64,000 nucleotides of DNA, taken from NCBI GenBank assembly GCA_907165135.1, contig OU015568.1:9238001-9302000 (forward strand), read 5' to 3'. The notes under the pieces are model-generated. The model had not been told where the DNA came from. It saw only the letters and a program-made list of their open reading frames with translations, and made no database searches. The translations under genes and the position numbers were made by a program. The stretch is from Oikopleura dioica (lineage: Eukaryota > Animalia > Chordata). Below are positions 1 through 10,685 of the stretch, in pieces. The first letter of the stretch is position 1, and every line of letters begins with the position of its first letter.

Positions 1-284
1 TAGAGCGTAACCCAAGTCTAGAAGTAAGTCTTGTTTAGCGAAAAGAAAAATCACCATTCCTTTGATATTGATGCATATTCAAAGTGCAAGGTGCACGATC
101 ATCGGAGCACCTTGTCTATCAGTCAGAGATCAGCTTGTAGCAATCAAGACGGGCTTGATCCCCCGCCGAGCGGGACCACCTGCTCTTCCTGCGCCTTCCT
201 TGGAGGCGCTGTTCTGTTGAGAATATAATCATCCTTCTTTTCCTTTGAAATCATTAAATTTGAAAACTCAAAAAAAACAAAAAC

Positions 285-554
285 ATGACCAATACAAAAG
301 TTCCCTCAAAATCATCAGTTCTTCGACGAAAATCCTTAGCGATGAAAAGCACCAAACGCCCACTCTCTTACGCATCCAGCGATCTTCTCAACATTGAAGT
401 GCCAAAGAAGAAAATCAACAGAAGAAATAGCTTGATGAAGCTCAAGGAATTCTTTTCCCTGAAGAAGAACTTTCGCGAAATCAAGGAGGAGAAGGGCCTC
501 AAGGTCTTCAGAAGAAACAACTCGATTCATAGTATTGAGTTTTGGGAAGACTGA
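285..554 (+). CDS. Small basic single-exon protein of unknown function
   Basis: 89-aa ATG-started ORF with A-rich start context and AATAAA about 30 nt after the stop; no family recognised. Confidence 0.45.
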   Translation: MTNTKVPSKSSVLRRKSLAMKSTKRPLSYASSDLLNIEVPKKKINRRNSLMKLKEFFSLKKNFREIKEEKGLKVFRRNNSIHSIEFWED

Positions 555-797
555 GTTTTATTCTTTCTGTTTTAATGAACTTTTCAATAAAAAAAAAATA
601 ATAAAATGGTCTGAATGGATCGAATGAATGAACCACTAGATAATTCTGAAGAGTAAAATGTTTGCAGTCTAAAAATATCTATGTCATTGAGAGGAGATGA
701 CTTGCAAGTGATAAGATTTAGCTGCGCTACGTGAGGGTGGGTACAGTCACTCACAGATTTGCAAATTGCAAAAACTTATAGTAAAGAAAGCCAAAAA

Positions 798-3419
798 ATG
801 AGTGAAGAAGAAGAAATCGTACCGAAAAGTCGACAAGCAAACGCGGCGATTGCCCCGAGACGATTTCAACAAGTATTATTTTCAAAAATCAAAATGGATA
901 ATTTAATCTTTTCTGATTTTAAGCTCAATGCGGGTTTGAGAACTGAGAGAAGAACTTTTGAAGAAATTCGAGAACAGCATCTTGAGGATTTTTATGAAGA
1001 CCCCGAGTTTCCTGCTATTCCCGGATCGCTCTTTTGCACAAATTATAATCGACCTGCCAATGCTGACCAGATTGAGTGGCTAAGACCAAGAGATATTTGT
1101 CAGATTCTTGGCCTGCCTGTTTGGGTTTCCTTGACTTTTTATCCTTGAATTGAAATAATCAAAAAAAGTTTGCGAAAAACCCTTTGTAAAGACCCGAAAT
1201 TGAAGGTCGATGGCTACTCTCAATACGACATCGTCCAGGGCAGCCTTGGAGACTGTTGGCTCCTCGCTGCTATGGCCTCGATTTCCATGCATGAAAAGAT
1301 CATGGACTAGGGCTTCAAAGCGGGACGACGACGCATCTTTGCGCTCGTTCCGTTTTCAGCCTTGGCTAAGACGTCGTTTTAAAACCGGGACAGAGCTTCA
1401 ACCATGGCGAGTACTGCGGTGCTTTTATTGTTCAAATCTGGCAGTATGGAAAGTGGATGGACGTGATTGTTGATGATCGACTGCCGACGATCAATGGCGA
1501 GCTGGTGTACTTGAGCTCAGGTGCGTTATCGTCTCAGAGTTGAGTCTTGATAACAATTTCAGCCTCGAAAAACGAGTTCTGGTCTGCAATCATCGAAAAG
1601 GCCTACGCCAAATTGAATGGCTCCTACGAGGCTTTGAGAGGCGGATCAATCACTGAAGCTCTTTGCGACTTCACTGGTGGCATTTGCGAGACCTATGATC
1701 TCGGCGATCACGGTTTCAAGACTTCTTCTGTTCCAGATGATCTCTTCAAAATCACCGCCAAGGCTTTCAAAAAAGGCGCCGTCGGAGGTGCCAGTTTGGA
1801 ATTCGAAGGTTCTGGCGTCGAATCCAGAGCTCAAGGTGGTCTTATCGCAGGCCATGCTTATTCTGTTCAGAACGCTCTTACAGTAAGTTCTTCTGTAAAA
1901 GATGAAGCTAGTCATTTTTAGCTTTCCGACGGAACAAAGCTGATTTGTCTCCGAAATCCATGGGGCCAAGCTGAATGGAACGGAGCATATTCTGACGGCT
2001 CGCCACAATGGGTCAGTGTTGCTGATGAAGTGTCTCAGCTCACTGGCGGAAGACTTCGGTCAAAGGACGATGGCGAGTTTTGGATGGAATTCGAAGACTT
2101 TCTCACGTGGTTTTCAAAGTTGGAATTGTGTTCGATTCCAGAAGCAGTTGGAAACGCTGAAGAAGCTCATGCAAATTGGGTGACACAGCTCTGCGAAGGC
2201 CGATGGGTAAGAAAAAAAAGTAGAAAAGCAACTGATCAAATGATCGTAGACTCGAAACATCAGCGCCGGCGGATGCACAAACTACATGACGACTAGACCT
2301 GGTTTTCCTGATAATCCACAGTTTCCAATGGGACTTGTTGACGTCGACGAAGATGACGAGACCAAGTGCACGGCCATTATCTCGCTTATTCAGGCCGATG
2401 CTAATCGACGACGAGACAACAAAGATCTCCTGGTAACATTATCCGACAAAAACATTGTTAATTTTTAGACTATTGGCTTTATCGTCTACAAACTCGGCGA
2501 CGAAAATGTCCAGCGAGAGCCACTAGATGTTAGATGGTTCAGATCTCATCGATCGATCGGGCGATCAGACTTCTGCAACTCACGAGAGGTCACAAAACGA
2601 CTTCTCCTTGATCCAGGAAATTACGTCATCGTCCCGTGTACTTTCCAGCCACAAGAAGAAAGTGCATTTGTCCTCAGAATCTTTACCGAAAAGAAGCAAG
2701 GAAAGGGAGCAAAAACTCAGCTTCTTTTGGAACCGAGTTTGCTGAAACTTCCTATCTACAGATTTCCGCAACGAACTCTCAGCCCAAACTTCGATCGACG
2801 AGGACGACAGCGATCGACCAATTACTCAAGAAAACGAAGAAGCATTCTACCGGCACTTCCAAAATATTTCTGGAAGAGATTTGGCCATTTCCGCATGGGA
2901 GTTGCAAACGGTTCTCAATCGTGTTGTAGAAAGATGCTACAGAATGGATGATGCGTTTTCGATTGAGACTTGTCGAGCTCTGGGTAAAGATTTTAAAAGA
3001 CCTTTGAAATGATGCAAATCGTTTTTCAAGTCGCTGCGGGAGATCCCCAATGCATCGGAAAGCTAGGTTATGAGGATTTCCGACGAGTTTGGCTCGGCGT
3101 TCGAAGGTGGCTAGAAATCTTTATCAAATTTGACAAAGACAAATCCGGGAAATTCGACGTGTACGAGTTGAGATCTGCTCTTCGACATGCGGGCATGAAT
3201 TTATCTACTAAAGCTCTCAAGGTATAGTATTCAGTTTGTCGCACTCCTAAAAGTGGTTTTAAGGTCGTGGTCCAACGTTACGCGAATGAAGAAAGAGTCG
3301 TATCATTAACTGATTTCGTCCTTGTTGCTGTCAGACTGAAGCAGGCGATCATTAGATACAACCGAATCCAACCAGAAATGTCGATTGATGACTGGCTACA
3401 GCTCATTATCTATTCATAA
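798..3419 (+). CDS. Classical calpain (CysPc, C2-like domain III, penta-EF-hand), multi-exon
   Basis: Complete catalytic triad in QGSLGDCW, GHAYSV and RNPWG; also VDDRLP, EKAYAKL, PGNYVIVPCTF, EF-hand DKDKSGKFDVYEL and C-terminal DDWLQLIIYS*. Confidence 0.93.
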
Positions 3420-3508
3420 ACTAAGAAATAAATTTTTTCTAACAGATTTTTTTATTGAATAAGTATGGCAGTAAATGAAATAAATTGCAGAGAGTATAAT
3501 ATTTTCTT

Positions 3509-6500
3509 CTAACGTTTTCTGAGTTGCTCGCGAGCCATGTTGACGACCATTTCTTTCAAGATTCGATCTTGGTTCTTCTTCGCGTACTGGTAAACTTGAG
3601 CAAGTTTGTCGAAGTCTAAAAAGCATGATAAATATTTTGGAAGAGAGAGAAAGGGTCATACTCATTTGTTTTCCGCTCATCGAGTCTTGAAGAAGTTTCT
3701 CGTATCGATGATAGGCAAGTCGCGCCTTGAGTTCTTTGTCAAGCTTTCCCCGGGTTCTCTTTTGGCTCTTTCTTGAGTTGATTTTCTTTCCTTTTTGTCG
3801 GTTCTTTCGCCTTGATTTCTTTGAAGATTTGACTTTTGACTTTTTCTGGATCGGTTTCTTTCTCTTTGAAGGTTTTTTCTTATGGACTGATTTCTTCGAT
3901 GCTTTCTTCATAGTTCTCGCTGACTTTTTCTTTGTTTTCTTTCTTTTGGTGATTTTTCCTGGCGATTTTCTTCTCGATTTTTTCGCTGGCTCATTCGAAG
4001 ATTGCGTACAATCCTGGAATCGTGCGATTATTTTACCGTTCTTCTTGAATACAGGGCATAATATCTCGTTCTTCTGTCCATGAGCCCATCCGTATTTTGG
4101 ATCCTTTGAACGGTTCATAAATTCATCAAAACTTTCATAACTTTTAATTTCATATTTGAAATATTCTTGATAAAATTTCTATTTAGAACCATTTCCTTCA
4201 ACGTCCACGTCTTTTTATCGGGTCTTCCGTCGTAAGTTAGCCTGCTTCCTTTCGGATTTGTAAATACATTAACACCAGTGCTCCATGTCGTCACATATTT
4301 GAACGTATTGCCTCCTTTGATTTCCAATCCATTGGCAGGCGCGAGAATTTTTTCGGCAACTTTTCTGCAGATTACTTTTGCAACTGCTCTGCCTCTTCGC
4401 TTTAGAGTTGGGCAGTTATCTCCCGATCGACCGACAGCCCAGCCGTTTTTGTCCTTCAGTGCCCATTTTCTGCCTTTTGGTCCAAGCTTGAATGATGTAA
4501 GAAAACATGTGCGAGCTTATCAATTACCTGGAGTTTAATGTCTTCCACATTTTTGTCATTGAAGTACACAATAGTTCCGTCAGAGCGAGTTTTCTTGAAA
4601 TTGAAAACGTTTCCTCCTTCGATTTTGTAGCCGCCAACAGTCTCCAACTTCAATACTTTTTTCACACCATTTGGTATTGCTATCTTATTTTGCTTTTGAT
4701 TATTTTTCTTCGTTTGCTTTTTGAAGGTCTTTTTCTTCGACGATGATTTTGGCTTCTTCCGAGCCTGTTTCGATTTCTTGACTTTACTTTTTTTCGTAAT
4801 TGGAGATTTCTTCTTCTTTACTGGACTTTGCTTCTTCGATTTGTTTTTCTTGTTTGGTCGTTTCACTGGTTTCTTCTTAGTTTTCTTTTTCGGAAGAGAG
4901 CATTCAGTACCAACTGCAAAGAGCTTTCCTCTGAATTTCAGAATCGGGCAGACTTCGCCTGCTTTTCCGCTAGCCCAACCTTTGCCCTTGTTATTGAGCG
5001 ACCACTGTTTTGCTTTTGGATTAAAAAGCAGATACGACTTGCTGTTGACGTATTTGTGGTTGCCGTCTCTTCTGATGCCTTTGAATTTGAAAGTGTTTCC
5101 TCCGGTGATTTCGTTATTACCAGTAGGTTTTAGGGTGATTGATTTCTTCTTTGGAAGACTCTTCCTTACCTGCTTCGTATTCGCGGGTTTATTTTTCTTT
5201 GTTGACTTTTTGGAGGTATTTTTCTCCGACGATGATTTTGGTTTCTTCGTTGCCTGTTTTGAATTCGTCGGCCTGTTTTTCTTTGCAGACTTTTTGGAGG
5301 CCTTCTTCTTCGATGATGATTCGACAGAACATTCTGTTCCCGCTGCGAAGAGCTTTCCTCTGAATTTCAGCTTCGGGCAGAGTTCGCCTGCTTTTCCACT
5401 AGCCCAGCCCTTGCCGACATTATTGAGCGACCACTGTTTGGCTTTCGGATTAAACAACAGATATGACTTGCCGTTGACGTATTTGTGCTGGCCGTCCCTT
5501 CTGATGCCTTTGAATTTGAAAGTGTTTCCTTCGTTGATTTCGTTATTGCCAGTTGGTTTCAGGGTGATTGATTTCTTCTTTGGAAGACTCTTCCTTGCCT
5601 GCTTCGAATTCGCGGGTTTATTTTTCTTCGTTGACTTTTTCTTTGACGATGATTTTACGGAGCATTCAGATCCAACAGCAAATAGCTTTCCTCGGAACTT
5701 CAGAATCGGACAACTCTCGCCTTTTTTGCCAATAGCCCAGCCTTTACCCCTGATTTTGAGCGACCACTTCTTGACCTTAGGATGAAACAACATATATGAG
5801 TTGCCATTGACGTATTTGTGGTTACCGTCTTTTCTGATTTTTTCGAATCCAAAGGTGTTTCCTCCAACGATTTTGTTCTTTCCAGTAGGTTTCAAGACGA
5901 TCTTTTTAGGAGGACTCTTCTTTGAAGGCTTTGATTTTTTAGGCTTATTTTGATTCTTAAGCGTCTTTGGCGGCGGTTTCTTCGAAGCTTTTTCCGAGCA
6001 ATCAGCAAAAGTAGCAACAAGTTTTCCTCGTCTTTTCAACTTGGGGCAGCTATCACCACGTTTTCCAATAGCCCAGCCCTGCTTTTCTGCAAGTGCCCAT
6101 GCTTTCGTTTTCGGATAAAACAGCAGTCGCGATTTTCCATTCACGTATTTGTGCACGCCGTCTTTTCTGATGCCTTTAAATTTGAAATTGTTTCCTCCGT
6201 CGATTCTCGTCTCGCCAGCAGGCTTGAGGGTAATTGAAGGTTTTTTCTGGGCCCGTTTTGATTTCTTTTGCTCTCTTTTCTCTGGTTTCGCTGGTTTAGA
6301 TTTATTCTTTTTCGTTCTCGAAGATTTTTTATGCGTCTTCTTCTTTGGAGGACTCTGTTTCTTTGACCCTTTTTTCTGTTTGGTTTGCTTTGTCGGTTTC
6401 TTGGTAGCCGGTTTCTTTTTCGGGAGAGAGCATTCAGTACCAACTGCAAAGAGTTTTCCTCTGAATCTTAGGATCGGACAAGTAACGCCTTTTTGTCCGC

Positions 6501-7867
6501 TTGCCCAGCCTTTACCCTTATTTCTGAGTGACCACTGTTTAACTTTTGGGTAAAATAGCAGCCGCGATTTTCCATTGAAGAACTTTTGCACACCATCCCT
6601 TCTAATTCCTTCGAATTTGAATGTGTTTCCACCGACGATTACTTTCTTTCCAGTTGGTTTGAGGGTGATGGGTTTCTTATTCAGTTTCGATTTCTTGACT
6701 TTACTTTTTTTCGTAATTGGAGATTTCTTCTTCTTTAGTGGACTTTGTTTCTTTGATTTAGTTTTCTTGGTCGGTTTTTTGACTGGTTTCTTCTTAGTTT
6801 TCTTTTTCGGAAGAGAGCATTTAGTACCAACTGCAAAGAGCTTTCCTCTGAATTTCAGAATCGGGCAGGTTTCGCCTGTTTTTCCACTTGCCCAGCCCTT
6901 GCCGACGTTATTGAGCGACCAGTGTTTGAATTTCGGGTTAAACACCAGATAAGACCTGCCATTGGAGTATTTGTGGTTGCCGTCTCTTCTGATACCTTTG
7001 AACGCAAAAGTATTTCCGCCGACGATAACGTTTTTTCCAGTTGGTTTGAAAGTAATTGAACGTCTTTTCGTTGGCTTCTTTACAGGTCTTCTTGACGGTC
7101 GAGTTGGTTTTTTGGCGGGTCTTTTAGGTGGCGATGCTGGCTTTTTCGAAGGCCTTTTGGACGGTCGTACTGGTTTCTTCGCAGGTCTTCTTGACGGTCG
7201 AGTTGGTTTTTTGGCCGGTCTTTTAGGTGGTAATGCTGGCTTCTTCGATGGTCTTTTGGACGGTCGTACTGGTTTCTTCGCAGGTCTTGAAGGCTTTGCA
7301 TTTGAACAACTCAAATAAAGCTTGATCGGAGAATCTTTTGTCTTCAACTCAATTTTCTTCACGTTGGCACAAGTATTCTTTGATTGGCTTTTACTCAACC
7401 TTACTTTTTATATTATAAAATTTATAAACGAATGAATATATATGAAAGCCTTTCCGGAAGAGCTGGCCCAGAAAACTTGGTCTTTTTTAGTTGTGCATCA
7501 AAGTTATACCAAATATTTTGCTTCAAGTTGAAAATAACCGCATCGTCGCGATCGATTTTACGATTTCTATCGAACATGTAGTAAATTAACTTGGGCTTTC
7601 CATCTTTGTCCAGCGATAAGTTTGTAAAACGGAGGCTCTTCTGCACTTGACCTTTTTCATTCGCTTTTCAGCGGGTAAAATTTATTCTTGCGACTTTCTA
7701 AAAAAAATATTTTTAATCCGCTTTCCTAATTCAATCTGCTCGCAACAGCGCATAAGGTCAGCGATGTCCTCGACATCGTCATAATCGTAGTCGTCGTCGA
7801 TATCTCTATTTTCGGCTTCGTAAGCCAAAGCCGACCCAATGAGAAAAAGTACAGCGACTATTCTCAT
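3509..7867 (-). CDS. Secreted Lys-rich protein with about 8 tandem ~60-aa Cys/Trp modules (candidate extracellular house/oikosin-like protein)
   Basis: Signal peptide MRIVAVLFLIGSALA; repeated ITLKPTG..GGNTFKF.GIR.DG..W.L..GWA.G..CP.LK.RGKL..C modules joined by K/P/S-rich linkers; last exon ends MAREQLRKR*. Confidence 0.8.
7065..7290 (-). repeat. 33-bp coding tandem repeat (RP[A/S]KKPxxP[S/P][K/R]) with 99-bp higher-order duplication
   Basis: RPAKKPVRPSK-RPSKKPALPPK-RPAKKPTRPSR occurs twice, nearly identical at the DNA level. Confidence 0.9.
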
Positions 7868-8263
7868 GATTTGGAATAATAAGCATTTTTACCAAAACTG
7901 CGCTGATAACAACGAAGAGTCTAGAGAACTTTTGCGCGAAAGTTGATCCTTCGATTATTTTTTATAAGTTGATGTACTAGAATTTTGCGATCACGTTGAA
8001 AACATTCTTTTTGCATCAAATATTTTCGTTGTTACTGAGCTAGGAACACAGTAGAGCGGAAAAGTACTAATCTATATAATCTTTATAGGTAGTATGATAC
8101 TCAGTCAGTCGTAAAAATATGGATAAGAGAGAGGGAAAGTAACCTCGTAAATTTACATATTCTGCTACTCAACGGTAACAGAAGTAGAGACAGAACAATT
8201 TTGAGAGATATTTTTGCTCATATATACTGCACCAATATTAAATTGAAAATAAAGCTTTTTAGA

Positions 8264-8724
8264 ATGCAAAGATTTCTTGTAGCCATCACGATTCTTTCCA
8301 CCATCGTCATGGGTGCCAGCGATGATGACTGGCTTTGGACCGGGATGAAAATTGTTGGCGGTGCCGCTGCTGGTTTTGTTGCTGGTCCAGTTATTCTTGG
8401 TGGAATCGGATTCACGCAAGGAAACCTTGTCGGTCCGAATCTGAATTATTATTTTAGTGCTGGAGGAATTGCTGCTGGTTCTGCTGCCGCCGCGACTCAG
8501 GCTGCTATTGGTAATGTTGCGGCTGGATCTACCTGTAAGCTAAGAATAAAAACCATTACTTGACATTTTTAGTTGCTTTATTGCAGTCTGCCGCTGCAAC
8601 TGGCGCCGCCGCTACTTATGGAGCTGCTGCCGTAGCTGGTGCCGCCGCCGTCCACGAAGCGGCGAAAGAAAAGAAACCAGCTTACTATTACGACAAATAT
8701 GGAAACCGCCGCGTCCGATATTAA
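8264..8724 (+). CDS. ISG12/IFI6-IFI27 family protein, copy 1
   Basis: Spliced product reads GIGFTAGGIAAGSAAAATQAAIGNVAAGSTFALLQSAAA (ISG12 motif); GC-AG and GT-AG introns; hydrophobic N-terminus. Confidence 0.85.
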
Positions 8725-9156
8725 TTCCAATCAAACCTTTTGCATGAAGAAAAATACTGTCCCTTGCTCTTGCAAAAGTCAATAAAATGTCCCCCAGAGT
8801 TCATTTTCGTGAGTAATACTCGAATATTTACAGAGTTAGTCTATGCATTAGTTGCCTCTTGCCAGGTAACATTTGCTGATTCGATCTATAACGAGAAATA
8901 ATTAGATTTTAGTCCAATTATTTTTTGAATAAATTTCAGTCTTAGAAATGGTCAGGGAAAAGCTTTTACTTTTTCAACATGGTTCCTTATCAAGTTTTTA
9001 CTGAGCAATTAAAGTTGCGTAAAAGGGAAAAGAAAACGAGCTCGTAAATATATTTTTGATCTCTCTTCTGACGGTTATTTACTTCACAGAGATCTCACAG
9101 AGTTTAGAGCAATATATAGGTATATGCCGAAAAATAACTAAATCTTTCTTTTTAGA

Positions 9157-9594
9157 ATGCAAAGATTTATCGTCGCCATCATGATCTTTTCCATGGCCGT
9201 CATGGGCGCCGATGATGATAGCTGGCTTTGGACTGGTGCAAAGATTCTTGGAGGCGCCGCTGTCGGCGTTGTTGCTGGTCCAGCGATTCTAGGAGCAGCC
9301 GGATTCACGTAAAGACATCAAAAATTCAGGAAAATAAGCCTGATTTAAGCGCTGGAGGCGTTGCTGCTGGAACTGCCGCTGCTGCTGCTCAAGGTGCCAT
9401 TGGAAACGTTGCTGCTGGATCGACATGTAAAGTCACACTGACGATTTTTAGTAAGAATATTTTTAGTTGCAATTCTCCAGTCAGCCGCTGCAACTGGCGC
9501 CGCCGCTACTTATGGAGCCGCTGCTGGAGCCGCGGGAGCTGCTGCTTATGAAGCATCCAAAGAGAAGCGAAACAAGAAACGACCAAATTATTGA
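9157..9594 (+). CDS. ISG12/IFI6-IFI27 family protein, copy 2
   Basis: Close paralogue of copy 1 with the same intron positions; GFTAGGVAAGTAAAAAQGAIGNVAAGSTFAILQS. Confidence 0.85.
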
Positions 9595-9943
9595 ATCCAT
9601 CAGAGTTTTTCAACGCTGTCAAATCTTCATTAGAAATAATTTCTTTCCCTTTGAATCCATTCATAATTCATTAAGTTCAGTTTACTCATTTTACTCCAAA
9701 TAAATCCAAGTTCCCATTTGTTGAAGATATAACCTGCCGGCATCATCGGTTACTGTGCATATTTTTGCTCAAATATTATCTTTGTCAAGGGTCTCTGATA
9801 ATGAGAGTTTATTCAGTTCGTATTTGTACGCTGAGTAATTTTTGATTTGCTTATCTTAACGATTTGCTTCCAATTGCAAACATATCAAACGACGTTTTCC
9901 CTTTTTACAATCAGAGTATTCAAAGAGATTTTTCAGGAGCCAA

Positions 9944-10412
9944 ATGATCTTCGATGAGAAGTATTTCGACTTCGAAAATGGTGAAGTGAAGATTAAACCA
10001 TTTCAATTCACCCAAGCTCAAAGTAAGTCTCATTTGGATTCCTTTTCTTGGGCTTCTGCGCTTGCCGGTGCAAAAAGCGCTCCGATGTTGTCTTCCTCTG
10101 GAATTTCAAGTTTTCTCCTCCCTTTGTTATCGACCGCTGGCTTCGGGTAATATAACTTGATGATTGAAAAGCAAAAAAAAATGTTTAGTCCTACAGGAAT
10201 ACTTCCTCAATCATTGGCGTCTTATTATCAGAACACCGTTGGAAATATTCCTCCAAACACGTTTTGTATTTGACATGTTCCTTTTCATAATTATAACTAT
10301 TTCAGTTCCTCTTCTTCAATCAATAGGCGCGAAAGAAGCTTTTGCGGTAGCGGGAGTAAAAGCTGGAGGAGTAGTTGCTGCTGTCGATTCTTACTTCCGA
10401 AACTCGAAATAA
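9944..10412 (+). CDS. Divergent ISG12-family protein, copy 3
   Basis: AGFGPTGILPQSLASYYQNTVGNIPPNTFFPLLQSIGA; same two core intron positions as copies 1 and 2. Confidence 0.7.
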
Positions 10413-10685
10413 ATATAAATAAAAAATATCACTACCTTTCTCTGCAAGTACCGCATTACGTGAAAGATGAATGGCGCTGTAGGCTTATGCTAATTGTTAA
10501 AAATAAAACATTTACACCGAGCACCGGGTGGTGGCTGCGGCGCTCGCGAGCAATCCACTCGTGGTCGGCCGCCGCAATCCATGCTCTGCGCTATTATCGT
10601 CACTTGATGATCCAGTACTTTTCTTAATCGCCAGTACCCTTTTCAACTATCAACACAACAAAGCAAAAAAAACAGCAATAAAACC

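Noticed and set aside
3727-7318. Long Phe-rich plus-strand ORFs
   Set aside because: Antisense shadows of the Lys-rich (AAA/AAG) minus-strand gene
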